Origin: Pyrinomonadaceae bacterium
Lineage (GTDB): Bacteria; Acidobacteriota; Blastocatellia; Pyrinomonadales; Pyrinomonadaceae
Assembly: GCA_041746675.1 (NCBI GenBank)
Contig: JBGTGO010000050.1
Location: 958-64,957 of the forward strand
Direction of reading: 5' to 3'
DNA length: 64,000 bases
Shown: one piece after another, positions 27,339-36,929 of the stretch
Position numbering within the stretch: position 1 is the first letter of the stretch
Layout of the letters: every line of letters begins with the position of its first letter
The notes under the pieces: generated by a model
Databases searched by the model: none
What the model was told of the DNA's origin: nothing
Seen by the model: only the letters and a program-made list of their open reading frames with translations
Made by a program: the position numbers and the translations under genes

Positions 27339-28889
27339 TTGAACAAAATATTTACAAAACCAAAAATTTCGGCGGTTGTTTTGATAGCCATAATTTGTTT
27401 ATCGACAATGGTTATTTATGTTCAGGCACAAAATCCGCCGCCGCCACAGACGACCACGCCGATTACCGATCCGGCACAGATCAGATTGAGTTCGACGGAG
27501 TTTATAAGTCAGGAAGGTTCGACGGTTGATAGATTGGTTGAAACAGCCTTTTCGCGTCGGGCTGATCTTTTGGCGGCTCGTCAGCGTTTGGCGGTTGCGG
27601 AGGGAAAACTGATACAAGCGGGACTTCGAGTAAATCCGGTTTTAAATAGTGAGTATGGTAGTCCGCGATTTTTGGGCGGCGAGGCGGAAAATGATTTTTC
27701 AGTCGGCGTGTCGCAGGTTTTTGAACTCGGCGGCAAACGCCGTAAGCGGGTCAGAGTTGCCGAACTTGAAATTGCTCAGATCGGGGCGGAAGTCGCCGCA
27801 TTGGAAAGACAGATTGCTGCCGAAATCCGCATCACTTATGCCGCCGCCGTTGCCGCTGCCCGACAACTCGATGTTTTGGAAAAACTGATCGCGGCGGATA
27901 ACGAAATTGTCCGTGCAACCGAAGCCCGTCTGACCGAAGGCGATGTCGCACCGCTTGATGTCAATTTGGTCAAAGTCGAAAGAAGTCGGTTGCAGATTCA
28001 AGCGATTGAAGCGAAAAACAATCTTGAAACCGCATTGATAACTTTGCAGTCTTTGACCGGAACGGATGTTGCCGAAAGTCTGAAGATCGCACCGCAGTCT
28101 GAACGTCCGCCGCGACTTGATCTCGGATTGTCGGAATTAACTAACCTTGCGTTAACGGGACGAAACGATCTGCAGGCGGCGAGAATTTCCGAAGAACTCG
28201 GCACGGCACGAATTGATCTGGCGAAATCTTTAGCAACACCGAACGTCGCGGGTTCGGTTAAATATTCGCGGAACAAAGGAATTATTGATTTGCCGACAAC
28301 GGCAGGCGGCGGTTTTGCGATTGATAAAGATAACGCACTGACGTTTGGCGTTTCGGTTGAATTGCCGTTTTTTAATCGCAATCAGGGAGAAGTTGCAGCG
28401 GCGACGAGTGAAAAGGTTTTAGCGACGCGAAATCGTGAATTTTTGGAAGCCTCGATCAGACGCGATGTGGCAATAGCTTATCGAAATTATCGGGCGGCGG
28501 CGGAAAAGTTGGTTTTGTATTCGACGCAGATTCTGCCGCTTTCGGAGGAGAATCTGAAATCCGTGCGGGCGGCTTATGGTTTCGGTGAGTTTTCTGTTTT
28601 TGAAGTTGTTAATGAACAGAGGCGTTTAAGCGAAAACCTTGCTGGATACACCGAAAGTTTGCGTGAATATTACACGGCATTGGCGGAACTCGAAACAGCA
28701 CTCGGTGCGTCGCTTCCGGCTTCGGCATTTGCAGATGACGATACTTCGGTTTTGCCGAAGAAAGAAGATGTTCCAAATCAGGTTGAGAAAGGGAAATTAT
28801 TAAATTCGCTTTTCGAGAAAGAAAAGGAGACGGATTTGACGAAGATAACAAAAAATTCAAATAAAAAAAATAAAGAGGAAAACAAATGA
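27339..28889 (+). CDS. TolC/CusC-family outer membrane efflux protein
   Basis: Signal peptide and two repeated alpha-helical/beta-barrel halves typical of OMFs (…RADLLAARQRLAVAEG…, …RNDLQAARISEELG…). First gene of an OMF-adaptor-RND set. TTG start. Confidence 0.85.
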   Translation: MNKIFTKPKISAVVLIAIICLSTMVIYVQAQNPPPPQTTTPITDPAQIRLSSTEFISQEGSTVDRLVETAFSRRADLLAARQRLAVAEGKLIQAGLRVNPVLNSEYGSPRFLGGEAENDFSVGVSQVFELGGKRRKRVRVAELEIAQIGAEVAALERQIAAEIRITYAAAVAAARQLDVLEKLIAADNEIVRATEARLTEGDVAPLDVNLVKVERSRLQIQAIEAKNNLETALITLQSLTGTDVAESLKIAPQSERPPRLDLGLSELTNLALTGRNDLQAARISEELGTARIDLAKSLATPNVAGSVKYSRNKGIIDLPTTAGGGFAIDKDNALTFGVSVELPFFNRNQGEVAAATSEKVLATRNREFLEASIRRDVAIAYRNYRAAAEKLVLYSTQILPLSEENLKSVRAAYGFGEFSVFEVVNEQRRLSENLAGYTESLREYYTALAELETALGASLPASAFADDDTSVLPKKEDVPNQVEKGKLLNSLFEKEKETDLTKITKNSNKKNKEENK

Positions 28890-29503
28890 AGAAAATTTTA
28901 TTATTTACAGTTTTTGCAGTAGTTGCGGGATTAGCCGCCGCTTGTTCAAATTCAACGGAGACAACAACAACGGATACTCCGGCAATGACAAATACGACAA
29001 CCAATACGACGGCTGAAAATACTGAAACTGCACCTAAAAAGGAAGAAGATGCTCCGGCATCCGTCAAAGCAGCGTTTCCCGATGCAGACAGTTTTACCAA
29101 ACAGCATAAGGACATTCCGGCGGAGGCAATTGCCGATATTGAAAAAGACACGGGAGCAAAAATTCCTGACACGGATCATCATTCGTATCTGGCGTTTTCA
29201 AATGCGGGCGGAAGCCGCAAACAGGTTGGAGCGGCAACGGTTATTAAGGCTGACGGTAAAGAATTTGTCGTCATCTACGAAAATAAAGACGATTCGCCTG
29301 CGATCAAAGAGGTTCGCGGCGAAGGCGTTTCGGCGGACTTTTTGAAACAGTTTGCCGGAAAAGGACACGATGATAAATTTCAAGTCGGAGCAGATGTAAA
29401 AGCCGACGGAGTTGACGAAGGAATGGCGAAAGCGATTGCCGAAGCCGTCAGAGTTGACTCGTTGACAATGCAGACACTTTACGGTGCGGCACATTCACAC
29501 TAA
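28886..29503 (+). CDS. Lipoprotein of unknown function, translationally coupled to the OMF gene
   Basis: Lipobox LAAAC, a Thr-rich linker, then a globular domain with a pattern weakly reminiscent of FMN_bind domains (…FLKQFAGKG…) but without the S/TGAT flavinylation motif. Its start overlaps the OMF stop (ATGA). Confidence 0.5.
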   Translation: MKKILLFTVFAVVAGLAAACSNSTETTTTDTPAMTNTTTNTTAENTETAPKKEEDAPASVKAAFPDADSFTKQHKDIPAEAIADIEKDTGAKIPDTDHHSYLAFSNAGGSRKQVGAATVIKADGKEFVVIYENKDDSPAIKEVRGEGVSADFLKQFAGKGHDDKFQVGADVKADGVDEGMAKAIAEAVRVDSLTMQTLYGAAHSH

Positions 29504-29505
29504 AA

Positions 29506-31533
29506 ATGAATTCAAAATTCAAACTTCAAAATTCAAATTTGGCGGTCGGCAAAGCAATTATGTGTGCGGCAGTTTTTTTGTTGCTTGCCGCTTACTGCTT
29601 ACCGCCTGCCGTTTCCGCCCACGAAGGCGAAGATCACAGCAAAGATAAGCCGCAAACGACCGTGGCGACGACCGGAAAAAGTGCGGTAACAATTGCCCGT
29701 GCCGAACGCAATATTCAAACTGACAACGGGCAATTCAATGTTCAGTTTCAGCGTGCTCCCGCCGATGTACGGACTGGCGAAACATCGCAGTTCGCCGTGC
29801 AGATCGCCGAAAAGGTCGAAGGTGGTTTCGGCGGAAGTGAACCTCTGCCGCTGACCGATGCAAACATTACGGCGAATATCACGACTTCTAACGGACAGAT
29901 AATTGCCAGTAAATTGCCGCTTAAATTTGAAGATGGTTTTTACTTTGGAAAATATGCTTTTTCAAATGCGGGAAACTTTAAGATCGTATTGAATGCGACA
30001 ACTTCGGATAACCGCAGTCTGAGCGTTGATTTCCCGGTGAGCGTCGTCAAAGCCCCGATCAGTTGGACGTTTTGGCTGATTATGACTTTGTTCGGTTTGC
30101 TGCTGATTGGCGGAGTCGGTGTGGTCGTTTATAAAACCCGTGGTTATAACGGCAATAAGCGTCTGCAATTGAAAAGAGTCGCTCCCGTTGCGATTGCTGC
30201 TATTTTGATATTTGTTTTGGTTGCTTTCACATTTGCCTACATTACACCGCCACGTCAGACGCGGAGTTTAGCCGAAATGCCGAAACTCGGAACAGGTGCG
30301 ACCGCCGCAGAAACCGAAGTCGCCAATTCTCTGCAAACGACTCTGACCGTTCCAAAGGAATCGCAATTGCTTTTCGGCATCAAGACCGAAGCACTTGAAA
30401 CACGCACGATCACCGCCGGTTTGAAAGTAACCGGAACGGTCAAAGCACGTCCCGAAGCACAAGCTGTCGTCGTGCCGCCAGTTGCGGGACGGATCGTTTT
30501 AAAGCAGGGAATTACCGTTGGTTCGGTGGTAAGTCGGGGCGAACAGGTCGGTTATGTCGAACAGGTTTTGGATGTGTCCGGACAGGTTGGACTTGAACAG
30601 CAAAGGCTCGAAGTCGAAGCCCAGCAACGCGAAATCGAAGCCAGACGTTTGGATATTAAAAATTCCATTTTGCAACTGCAATCACAGCAAGCCGAACAGC
30701 GTGCTAATGCCCAACAAGCAAAAACCCGTCTGGCTCAAGCTCAGAGAGAATTGCGGCGTTCGATAAATCTGGTCGAAGTAAATGCCGTTCCGCAAAAACG
30801 TGTCGAGGAAGCACGGACAGCCGTAAATGTTGCGGAGCAGGAAGTTACAGCGGTGGAAAAACAGGTTGTGTTGCTTGATAATCAGATCAAACAGACAAGT
30901 GCCGGAACAAATATTTTTCGTTTGCCAAAGGTTAATCAGCCAAATAAAAGATTCTCTCTGACTGCACCCGTTACGGGAATTATTAACGATATTAAGGCGA
31001 CGACCGGACAGCAAATTGAAACCGGAACGGAGATTTTGTCCATCAGCAATCTTTCGACCGTCTTAATCGAAGCACAGGTTTTCGAGAGCGATCTGCCGAT
31101 GGTTCGGGAATCAACGCGAGCGAGTTTTACAACCGCCGCATTGAGTGGAGAAGTTTATACGATTGGAACACCCGACGAAGACGGCAGACTCGTTTCCATC
31201 GGTCAGATCGTTGACCCGCAGACACGTACAATTCCGGTCATTTACGAGATGAAAAATCCCGGCAACCGTCTGCGGGACGGAATGTTTGTCGAGATCACGA
31301 TTGACACCAGCGGCGACCGAAAAGTTTTAGCCGTGCCGAAAAAAGCGGTTATCACAGAACAGGGACAGACCTTTGTATTCGTCTTTGACGGCGGCGAAAT
31401 TTTTGAAAAACGCCCCGTCGCACTCGGAGCGGAAGGCGAAGATTTTTACGAAGTGAAAACAGGCTTGAAGGAAAATGACAGAGTTGTCGTCGAGGGCGTT
31501 TATCAACTTCGCTCGACACAACCGGGAAGTTAA
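29506..31533 (+). CDS. RND efflux periplasmic adaptor (CusB/CzcB-like) with an extra N-terminal periplasmic domain and TM hairpin
   Basis: A signal peptide ending AVSA, then HEGEDHSKDKP and a beta-rich domain, then two TM helices. A typical adaptor follows: coiled-coil hairpin QRLEVEAQQREIEARRLD…, beta-barrel and C-terminal domains. Confidence 0.85.
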   Translation: MNSKFKLQNSNLAVGKAIMCAAVFLLLAAYCLPPAVSAHEGEDHSKDKPQTTVATTGKSAVTIARAERNIQTDNGQFNVQFQRAPADVRTGETSQFAVQIAEKVEGGFGGSEPLPLTDANITANITTSNGQIIASKLPLKFEDGFYFGKYAFSNAGNFKIVLNATTSDNRSLSVDFPVSVVKAPISWTFWLIMTLFGLLLIGGVGVVVYKTRGYNGNKRLQLKRVAPVAIAAILIFVLVAFTFAYITPPRQTRSLAEMPKLGTGATAAETEVANSLQTTLTVPKESQLLFGIKTEALETRTITAGLKVTGTVKARPEAQAVVVPPVAGRIVLKQGITVGSVVSRGEQVGYVEQVLDVSGQVGLEQQRLEVEAQQREIEARRLDIKNSILQLQSQQAEQRANAQQAKTRLAQAQRELRRSINLVEVNAVPQKRVEEARTAVNVAEQEVTAVEKQVVLLDNQIKQTSAGTNIFRLPKVNQPNKRFSLTAPVTGIINDIKATTGQQIETGTEILSISNLSTVLIEAQVFESDLPMVRESTRASFTTAALSGEVYTIGTPDEDGRLVSIGQIVDPQTRTIPVIYEMKNPGNRLRDGMFVEITIDTSGDRKVLAVPKKAVITEQGQTFVFVFDGGEIFEKRPVALGAEGEDFYEVKTGLKENDRVVVEGVYQLRSTQPGS

Positions 31534-31540
31534 GAAAGAG

Positions 31541-31652
31541 TTTTTTCCCGCGAAATACGCGAAAGGACGCTAAAAAAAGAGAAGAGAAATGAAAATAACA
31601 AGGTAAGAAAATCTTTCGCTTCTTTGACCATATTTCATAGGCAGAAATTATT
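31541..31652. repeat. Palindromic intergenic element of the CCCGCGAAATACGCGAAAGGACGC family
   Basis: TTTTTTCCCGCGAAATACGCGAAAGGACGC (31541-31570) is nearly identical to 53209-53238. A degenerate inverted partner (…TCTTTCGCTTCTTTGACCATATTTCATAGGCAGAAA) lies about 45 nt downstream. Confidence 0.6.
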
Positions 31653-31705
31653 AAATGTTTTAAGTTTACAATGCCAAATTTGAGAAATTCGGAGCAAAGA
31701 AATAT

Positions 31706-32944
31706 ATGAGATCAACATTTTTAATTACAATTTTATCAGTAATAGTAGCGGCATTCGTCTTTAGCGGATGTAATCAACCGACGGCGGAAAAACCATCTGA
31801 AACAAAATCAACCGAAACAAAATCCGTTGACATAAAACGCACGGAATTAACCGAAAACGCGAATTATGCGATGGATATTAAGGTTGAATCGCCGGAAGTA
31901 AATTCAGAGAAGGAAGTTACGTTTAATTTCTCGGTCAAAGATAAGGAAGGAAAACCGTTTGATAACCTAAAAATAGTTCACGAGAAATTGATCCATCTTT
32001 TAGTCGTATCTGACGACCTCGCGTTTTTTGAACACGTTCATCCTGAAAAACAGGCGGATGGAGGTTTTAAGCTGAATTACAAATTTCCGACCGGCGGAGT
32101 TTATAAACTTTACGCCGATTTTACGCCGGAAGATTCGCCGCAGATCGTCAATGTTTTTGATGTCAATGTCGGCGGAGAACCACGTCAAAAAACACCTCTG
32201 ACGGCAGATGTGGATTACAAAAAAACGGTTGATGGTCTGACCTTCACGATGAAACCCGGCGGTAATTTGAAAGCCGCCAACGGTGTTGCTCTTAATTTTT
32301 ATGTAACGGACGAAAACGGAAAAGCCGTTACCGATCTGCAACCGTATTTGGGTGCGATGGCACATTTTGTCGTCATCAGCGAAGACGCAAGCAAATTTTT
32401 GCACGTTCACGCGGAAGGCGGCAAAATGACCGAAACAAAAGGCACCGGCGGACACGAAGGACACGGCGATCAGCACGGCGGGATGGAAATGGATGTGAAA
32501 CCCGACGTGAAGGATGCGGAAACGCCGACCGTGATGGCTCACACCGAATTCCCGACCGGCGGATTGTATAAACTCTGGGGACAATTTCAGCGAAACGGCA
32601 AAGTTATCACCGTTCCGTTTGTAGTAAATGTGGCGGCGGCTGATGCAGCAAGCACGTCGAAAAATGTTGAAATTCCGAAAGACGCATACAAAATTACGGT
32701 CAGCAAAAACGGATTTTCGCCGGAAGAAGTAACGGTGGACAGAAACAAATTTTCAAAACTCGCATTCTTGCGGACGGATTCGGAAAACTGCGGAAGTGAA
32801 ATAGTTTTTAAAGATTTAGACATTAAGAAAAAATTGCCCGTCGGCGAAGTTGTATTGGTTGATCTGCCTGAAAATCTAAAGGGCAAAACGCTGAATTTCG
32901 CCTGCGGGATGGATATGATGAAAGGAAAATTGATCATAAATTAA
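31706..32944 (+). CDS. Periplasmic lipoprotein with two His-containing metal-binding beta-sandwich domains and a C-terminal cupredoxin-like domain
   Basis: Lipobox FSGC. Repeated HVHPE…FPTGGVYKLYADF and LHVHAEGG…FPTGGLYKLWGQF modules. A His-rich linker GGHEGHGDQHGGMEMD. A C-terminal …LNFACGMDMMKGKLIIN, typical of cupredoxin_1-type domains. Confidence 0.6.
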   Translation: MRSTFLITILSVIVAAFVFSGCNQPTAEKPSETKSTETKSVDIKRTELTENANYAMDIKVESPEVNSEKEVTFNFSVKDKEGKPFDNLKIVHEKLIHLLVVSDDLAFFEHVHPEKQADGGFKLNYKFPTGGVYKLYADFTPEDSPQIVNVFDVNVGGEPRQKTPLTADVDYKKTVDGLTFTMKPGGNLKAANGVALNFYVTDENGKAVTDLQPYLGAMAHFVVISEDASKFLHVHAEGGKMTETKGTGGHEGHGDQHGGMEMDVKPDVKDAETPTVMAHTEFPTGGLYKLWGQFQRNGKVITVPFVVNVAAADAASTSKNVEIPKDAYKITVSKNGFSPEEVTVDRNKFSKLAFLRTDSENCGSEIVFKDLDIKKKLPVGEVVLVDLPENLKGKTLNFACGMDMMKGKLIIN

Positions 32945-32987
32945 CGACGAATTTCGAGAGAACAATTAACAAGGAGGGAATTAAAAA

Positions 32988-33587
32988 ATGAAAGAAACAA
33001 TGGGCAAAAAAAACGACATTAAAATCACAGACACAATGGATCATAAAGGAGATATGAAACATTCGGATACAGATAAAAGCGATATGAAAACGAAAGATAC
33101 CGCGAACAATAAAATGGAGGGCAAACATCAGATGATGTCGGGCAGTTATGCGAGATTCGGGGCGATGATCGCAACTTCGACCGCTGTCATGTTCGGCTTG
33201 ATGTATCTGAATACATACGCTTCAAATCACGTTTATTTTAGTGAAACACGTTTTTATATGGCGTTTTATATGGGTGCGGTGATGGCGATCATTATGCTGC
33301 TCTTTATGCTCAATATGTATAAAGACTGGAAAGTGAATGCGGCTATTCTGGCAGTCAGCGTCGTTGTTTTCGCGGGTTCATTGTGGCTCGTGCGAAGTCA
33401 GACGACCATCGAAGACGTTTCGTGGATGAAGGCGATGATTCCGCATCACTCGATAGCGATCCTAACGAGCGAACGGGCGAATATAAAAGACCCGCGTGTG
33501 CGAAAACTTGCCGACAGCATTATAGAAGCCCAACGCAGAGAAATTGACGAAATGAAAGCGTTGATCAAAGACCTTGAGAGTAAATAA
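32988..33587 (+). CDS. DUF305-family membrane protein with a Met/His/Asp-rich N-terminus
   Basis: An N-terminal DTMDHKGDMKHSDTDKSDMKTKD, three hydrophobic segments, and a C-terminal DUF305-type motif MIPHHSIAILTSE…DPRVRKLADSIIEAQRREIDEM. Confidence 0.65.
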   Translation: MKETMGKKNDIKITDTMDHKGDMKHSDTDKSDMKTKDTANNKMEGKHQMMSGSYARFGAMIATSTAVMFGLMYLNTYASNHVYFSETRFYMAFYMGAVMAIIMLLFMLNMYKDWKVNAAILAVSVVVFAGSLWLVRSQTTIEDVSWMKAMIPHHSIAILTSERANIKDPRVRKLADSIIEAQRREIDEMKALIKDLESK

Positions 33588-33620
33588 ATCAGAAAATTGA
33601 AGTCGGCAAAAGAAGTATAA

Positions 33621-36600
33621 ATGTTAAATGCGATAATAAAATTTTCTCTGCAAAACCGCCTGATCGTCGTGGCGGTGGCATCTTTACTGCTCGTTTGGGG
33701 AACTTACGTTGCCGTCAATTTGCCGGTTGATGTCTTGCCCGATCTGAATAAACCGACGGTGACGATCTTGACGGAAGCGGGCGGACTTGCTCCCGAAGAA
33801 GTTGAAACGCTCGTTTCGTTTCCGATCGAAACGGCGATGAACGGCGTGCCGGGAGTAACGCGTGTGCGGTCGCAGAGCGGCATCGGACTTTCGGTGATCT
33901 ATGTCGAATTCGATTGGGGAACGGATGTTTATCGCAATCGTCAACTGGTTGCCGAAAAACTTGCTCAAGCCCGCGAACAATTACCCGCAAATGTTTCGCC
34001 GACGCTTGCTCCGATCTCTTCGATAATGGGCGAAATTATGCTCGTTTCGGTCAGATCGAAATCGGGCAAAACCGATCCGCTCGATGTCCGCACGTTGGCT
34101 GATTGGACGATTCGCCCGCGACTTTTAACAATTCAGGGAATTGCACAAGTTATCAATATCGGCGGCGGTGTCAAGCAATATCAGGTTCTGGTTACGCCCG
34201 AAAAACTCAAACAATTCGGCATCACGATCGAAGAAATTTCTGATGCACTCGAAAAATCGAACAGCAATTCGACGGGCGGTTTTGTTGACGCACAATCGCA
34301 GGAATATCTGGTCAGAAATCTGGCACGTTTTTATTCGGTTGATGAACTGAAAAACACCGTCGTCGCTTACCGCAACAACACGGCGATCAAGGTCGGCGAT
34401 GTGGCAAAGGTCGAATTCGGGGCAAAGATCAAACGCGGCGACGCGGGTTCAAACGGAACGCCCGCCGTGATTATGTCAATTCAGAAACAACCCGGTGCAT
34501 CGACGCTTGAATTGACGGAAACAATCACCAAAGCACTTGATGAACTGCAAGCAAATTTGCCGGACGATATTGAGGTCAATTCCAATTTGTTTCGGCAGGC
34601 GAATTTTATTGATACTTCGATCTCAAACGTCATCGAAGCACTGCGGGACGGAGCGATTCTGGTCGTTATCGTTTTGTTCCTGTTTCTGCTTAATTTCCGC
34701 ACGACATTTATTACTCTGACGGCGATTCCGCTCTCGTTTGTTGTTACATTTCTGATTTTCAGAGCCTTTGATATTTCGATAAACACAATGACGCTCGGCG
34801 GTTTAGCGGTTGCCATCGGAGAACTCGTGGACGACTCGATCGTTGATGTCGAGAACATTTTCCGAAGGTTGAGGGAAAACCGGACACTCGAAAATCCGCG
34901 TCCGCCGCTTGAAGTTATCTATCACGCATCGTTGGAAATTCGCTCGTCAATCGTCTATGCGACGATCATCGTTGCACTTGTGTTTATGCCGCTTTTCGCA
35001 CTTTCCGGCGTGGACGGCAGATTGCTTGCTCCGCTCGGACTGGCATATATTACTGCATTAGTTGCGTCTTTGTTTGTCAGTCTGACGGTAACGCCCGTTT
35101 TGTCTTCTTACCTTTTGCCGAAAATGAAGGCGATGCACGATGAAAAGGACGGCTTTTTGGTGCGGTTTTTGAAAAAGTGGGATGAAAAACTTCTGCATCG
35201 AACTCTGCGGCATCCGTGGCTTGTTATCGGCGGAGCAACTGTTTTATTTTTGATCGCAATTTCGACTCTGCCGTTTGTCGGAACATCGTTTCTGCCCGAA
35301 TTCAACGAGGGAACGCTGACGGTCAACGTGCAGGCACAGCCCGGAACTTCGCTCTCGGAAAGCAACCGCATCGGACAAATTGCCGAAAAACTTCTGCTCG
35401 AAGTGCCGGAAGTTATTTCGACGGGAAGACGAACCGGACGAGCCGAATTGGACGAACACGCGGAGGGCGTTCACTATACGGAAATTGATGTTGACCTGAA
35501 AAAAGACGGACGCGAACGTGAGGAAGTTCTCCACGATATACGCGACAAACTGGCTTTAATTCCGGGCGTAACAACCAACGTCGGACAGCCGATCTCGCAC
35601 CGCATTGACCACTTGCAATCAGGTGTGCGGGCTCAGATCGCCGTCAAACTTTTCGGCGACAATCTGCAAACTTTGCGTTCAAAAGCCGAAGAGATACGCA
35701 ACGTGATGGAAGGCGTTCCGGGAGCGACCGATGTATCTATCGAAAAACAGGTTTTGATTCCGCAAATCCAGTTTCAGGTAAACCGCTCAAGTGCCGCTCA
35801 ATACGGACTCAAACCGGGTGAAATATCGGAAACTCTCGAAACCGCACTCAATGGCAAAGTCGTGTCCGAAGCCGTCGAAGGTCAGCGGCGTTTTGATGTC
35901 GTCGTTCGTTTTGCCGATGAAGCGAGAAACAATCTCGATGCTCTTAGAAACGTAACGATTGACACGCCGCAGGGAACTCAAATTCCCGTTTCAGCAGTTG
36001 CGACAATCGAAAATCTGCCGGGACCGAATCAGGTTTTACGCGAAAACACACAACGAAGAATTGTTATCCAATCCAACACCGCCGGACGCGATCTCGGTTC
36101 GGTCGTCGGTGATATGCGTGAGAGGATCACCGCTCAGGTTGATCTTCCCGAAGGTTATTTTATCGAATACGGCGGACAGTTTCAGGCTCAGCAGGAAGCT
36201 ACCCGCACGCTTTCGTTGCTGACGGTTTTCTCGCTGATCGCAATTTTCTTTATTTTGATCAAAGCCCTCGGCGATTGGCGAACTGCATTGCAGGTAATGA
36301 TCAATATTCCGCTCGCCCTGATCGGTGCGATTGCCGCACTACTTCTGACGGGCGGAGTGTTCTCGATCGCCACTCTCGTCGGATTTATCTCGCTCGTCGG
36401 CATTACTTCGAGAAACGGAATTATGATGCTTTCGCATTATCTGCATTTGATCCGCGAAGAAGGCGAAGATTTTACCGAAGAAATGATTATTCGCGGCTCG
36501 CTCGAAAGATTAGTTCCGGTTTTGATGACCGCTCTGACCGCCGGATTATCTCTAATACCGCTGGCAATTGCCTCCGGCGAACCCGGTAAGGAAATTCTCC

Positions 36601-36812
36601 ATCCGCTCGCCGTCGTCGTCATCGGCGGAATTTTGACATCAACTCTTCTCGATCAATTGGTAACTCCGGCGATATTTTACAAATTCGGAAAACCCGTGGC
36701 AGAGAAAATTATCGCCCAACGCGAAGCGGAAAAATCGGGCGTTGAAAATATGTTTGGCGAAGAAGAAATGGTGAAAACCGATGTTCCGCCTTATTCGGAA
36801 GATTTGAAATAA
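33621..36812 (+). CDS. Heavy-metal efflux RND transporter (CusA/CzcA family)
   Basis: 1063 aa. The N-terminus MLNAIIKFSLQNRLIVVAVASLLLVWG…LPVDVLPDLNKPTVTI is typical of HME-RND pumps. Twelve TM segments are expected, with two large periplasmic loops. Confidence 0.9.
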   Translation: MLNAIIKFSLQNRLIVVAVASLLLVWGTYVAVNLPVDVLPDLNKPTVTILTEAGGLAPEEVETLVSFPIETAMNGVPGVTRVRSQSGIGLSVIYVEFDWGTDVYRNRQLVAEKLAQAREQLPANVSPTLAPISSIMGEIMLVSVRSKSGKTDPLDVRTLADWTIRPRLLTIQGIAQVINIGGGVKQYQVLVTPEKLKQFGITIEEISDALEKSNSNSTGGFVDAQSQEYLVRNLARFYSVDELKNTVVAYRNNTAIKVGDVAKVEFGAKIKRGDAGSNGTPAVIMSIQKQPGASTLELTETITKALDELQANLPDDIEVNSNLFRQANFIDTSISNVIEALRDGAILVVIVLFLFLLNFRTTFITLTAIPLSFVVTFLIFRAFDISINTMTLGGLAVAIGELVDDSIVDVENIFRRLRENRTLENPRPPLEVIYHASLEIRSSIVYATIIVALVFMPLFALSGVDGRLLAPLGLAYITALVASLFVSLTVTPVLSSYLLPKMKAMHDEKDGFLVRFLKKWDEKLLHRTLRHPWLVIGGATVLFLIAISTLPFVGTSFLPEFNEGTLTVNVQAQPGTSLSESNRIGQIAEKLLLEVPEVISTGRRTGRAELDEHAEGVHYTEIDVDLKKDGREREEVLHDIRDKLALIPGVTTNVGQPISHRIDHLQSGVRAQIAVKLFGDNLQTLRSKAEEIRNVMEGVPGATDVSIEKQVLIPQIQFQVNRSSAAQYGLKPGEISETLETALNGKVVSEAVEGQRRFDVVVRFADEARNNLDALRNVTIDTPQGTQIPVSAVATIENLPGPNQVLRENTQRRIVIQSNTAGRDLGSVVGDMRERITAQVDLPEGYFIEYGGQFQAQQEATRTLSLLTVFSLIAIFFILIKALGDWRTALQVMINIPLALIGAIAALLLTGGVFSIATLVGFISLVGITSRNGIMMLSHYLHLIREEGEDFTEEMIIRGSLERLVPVLMTALTAGLSLIPLAIASGEPGKEILHPLAVVVIGGILTSTLLDQLVTPAIFYKFGKPVAEKIIAQREAEKSGVENMFGEEEMVKTDVPPYSEDLK

Positions 36813-36929
36813 ATCTGCTTTGCAGAAAAAAAATGCTAAATGAGAAAACAGAGATACCTTCAACTTTTTATGTTCTATTATTTACTATTGCGTTTGGAGT
36901 AAATTGGATTTGGGAAGTTTCTCAGACTT

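Noticed and set aside
28609-29172. 187-aa minus-strand ORF spanning the OMF/lipoprotein junction, and 194-aa ORF 32000..32584 on the minus strand.
   Set aside because: Both are antisense to well-supported operon genes, and their translations are compositionally odd (runs of V/A/S or F/R). They are most likely shadow ORFs.
36840-36902. In-frame upstream mini-ORF MRKQRYLQLFMFYYLLLRLE* as the true N-terminus of the multicopper oxidase via stop-codon read-through.
   Set aside because: The peptide is a poor signal sequence, and the alternative frame (36833..36949) gives a much better one. A simple one-nucleotide frameshift explains the data without invoking read-through.
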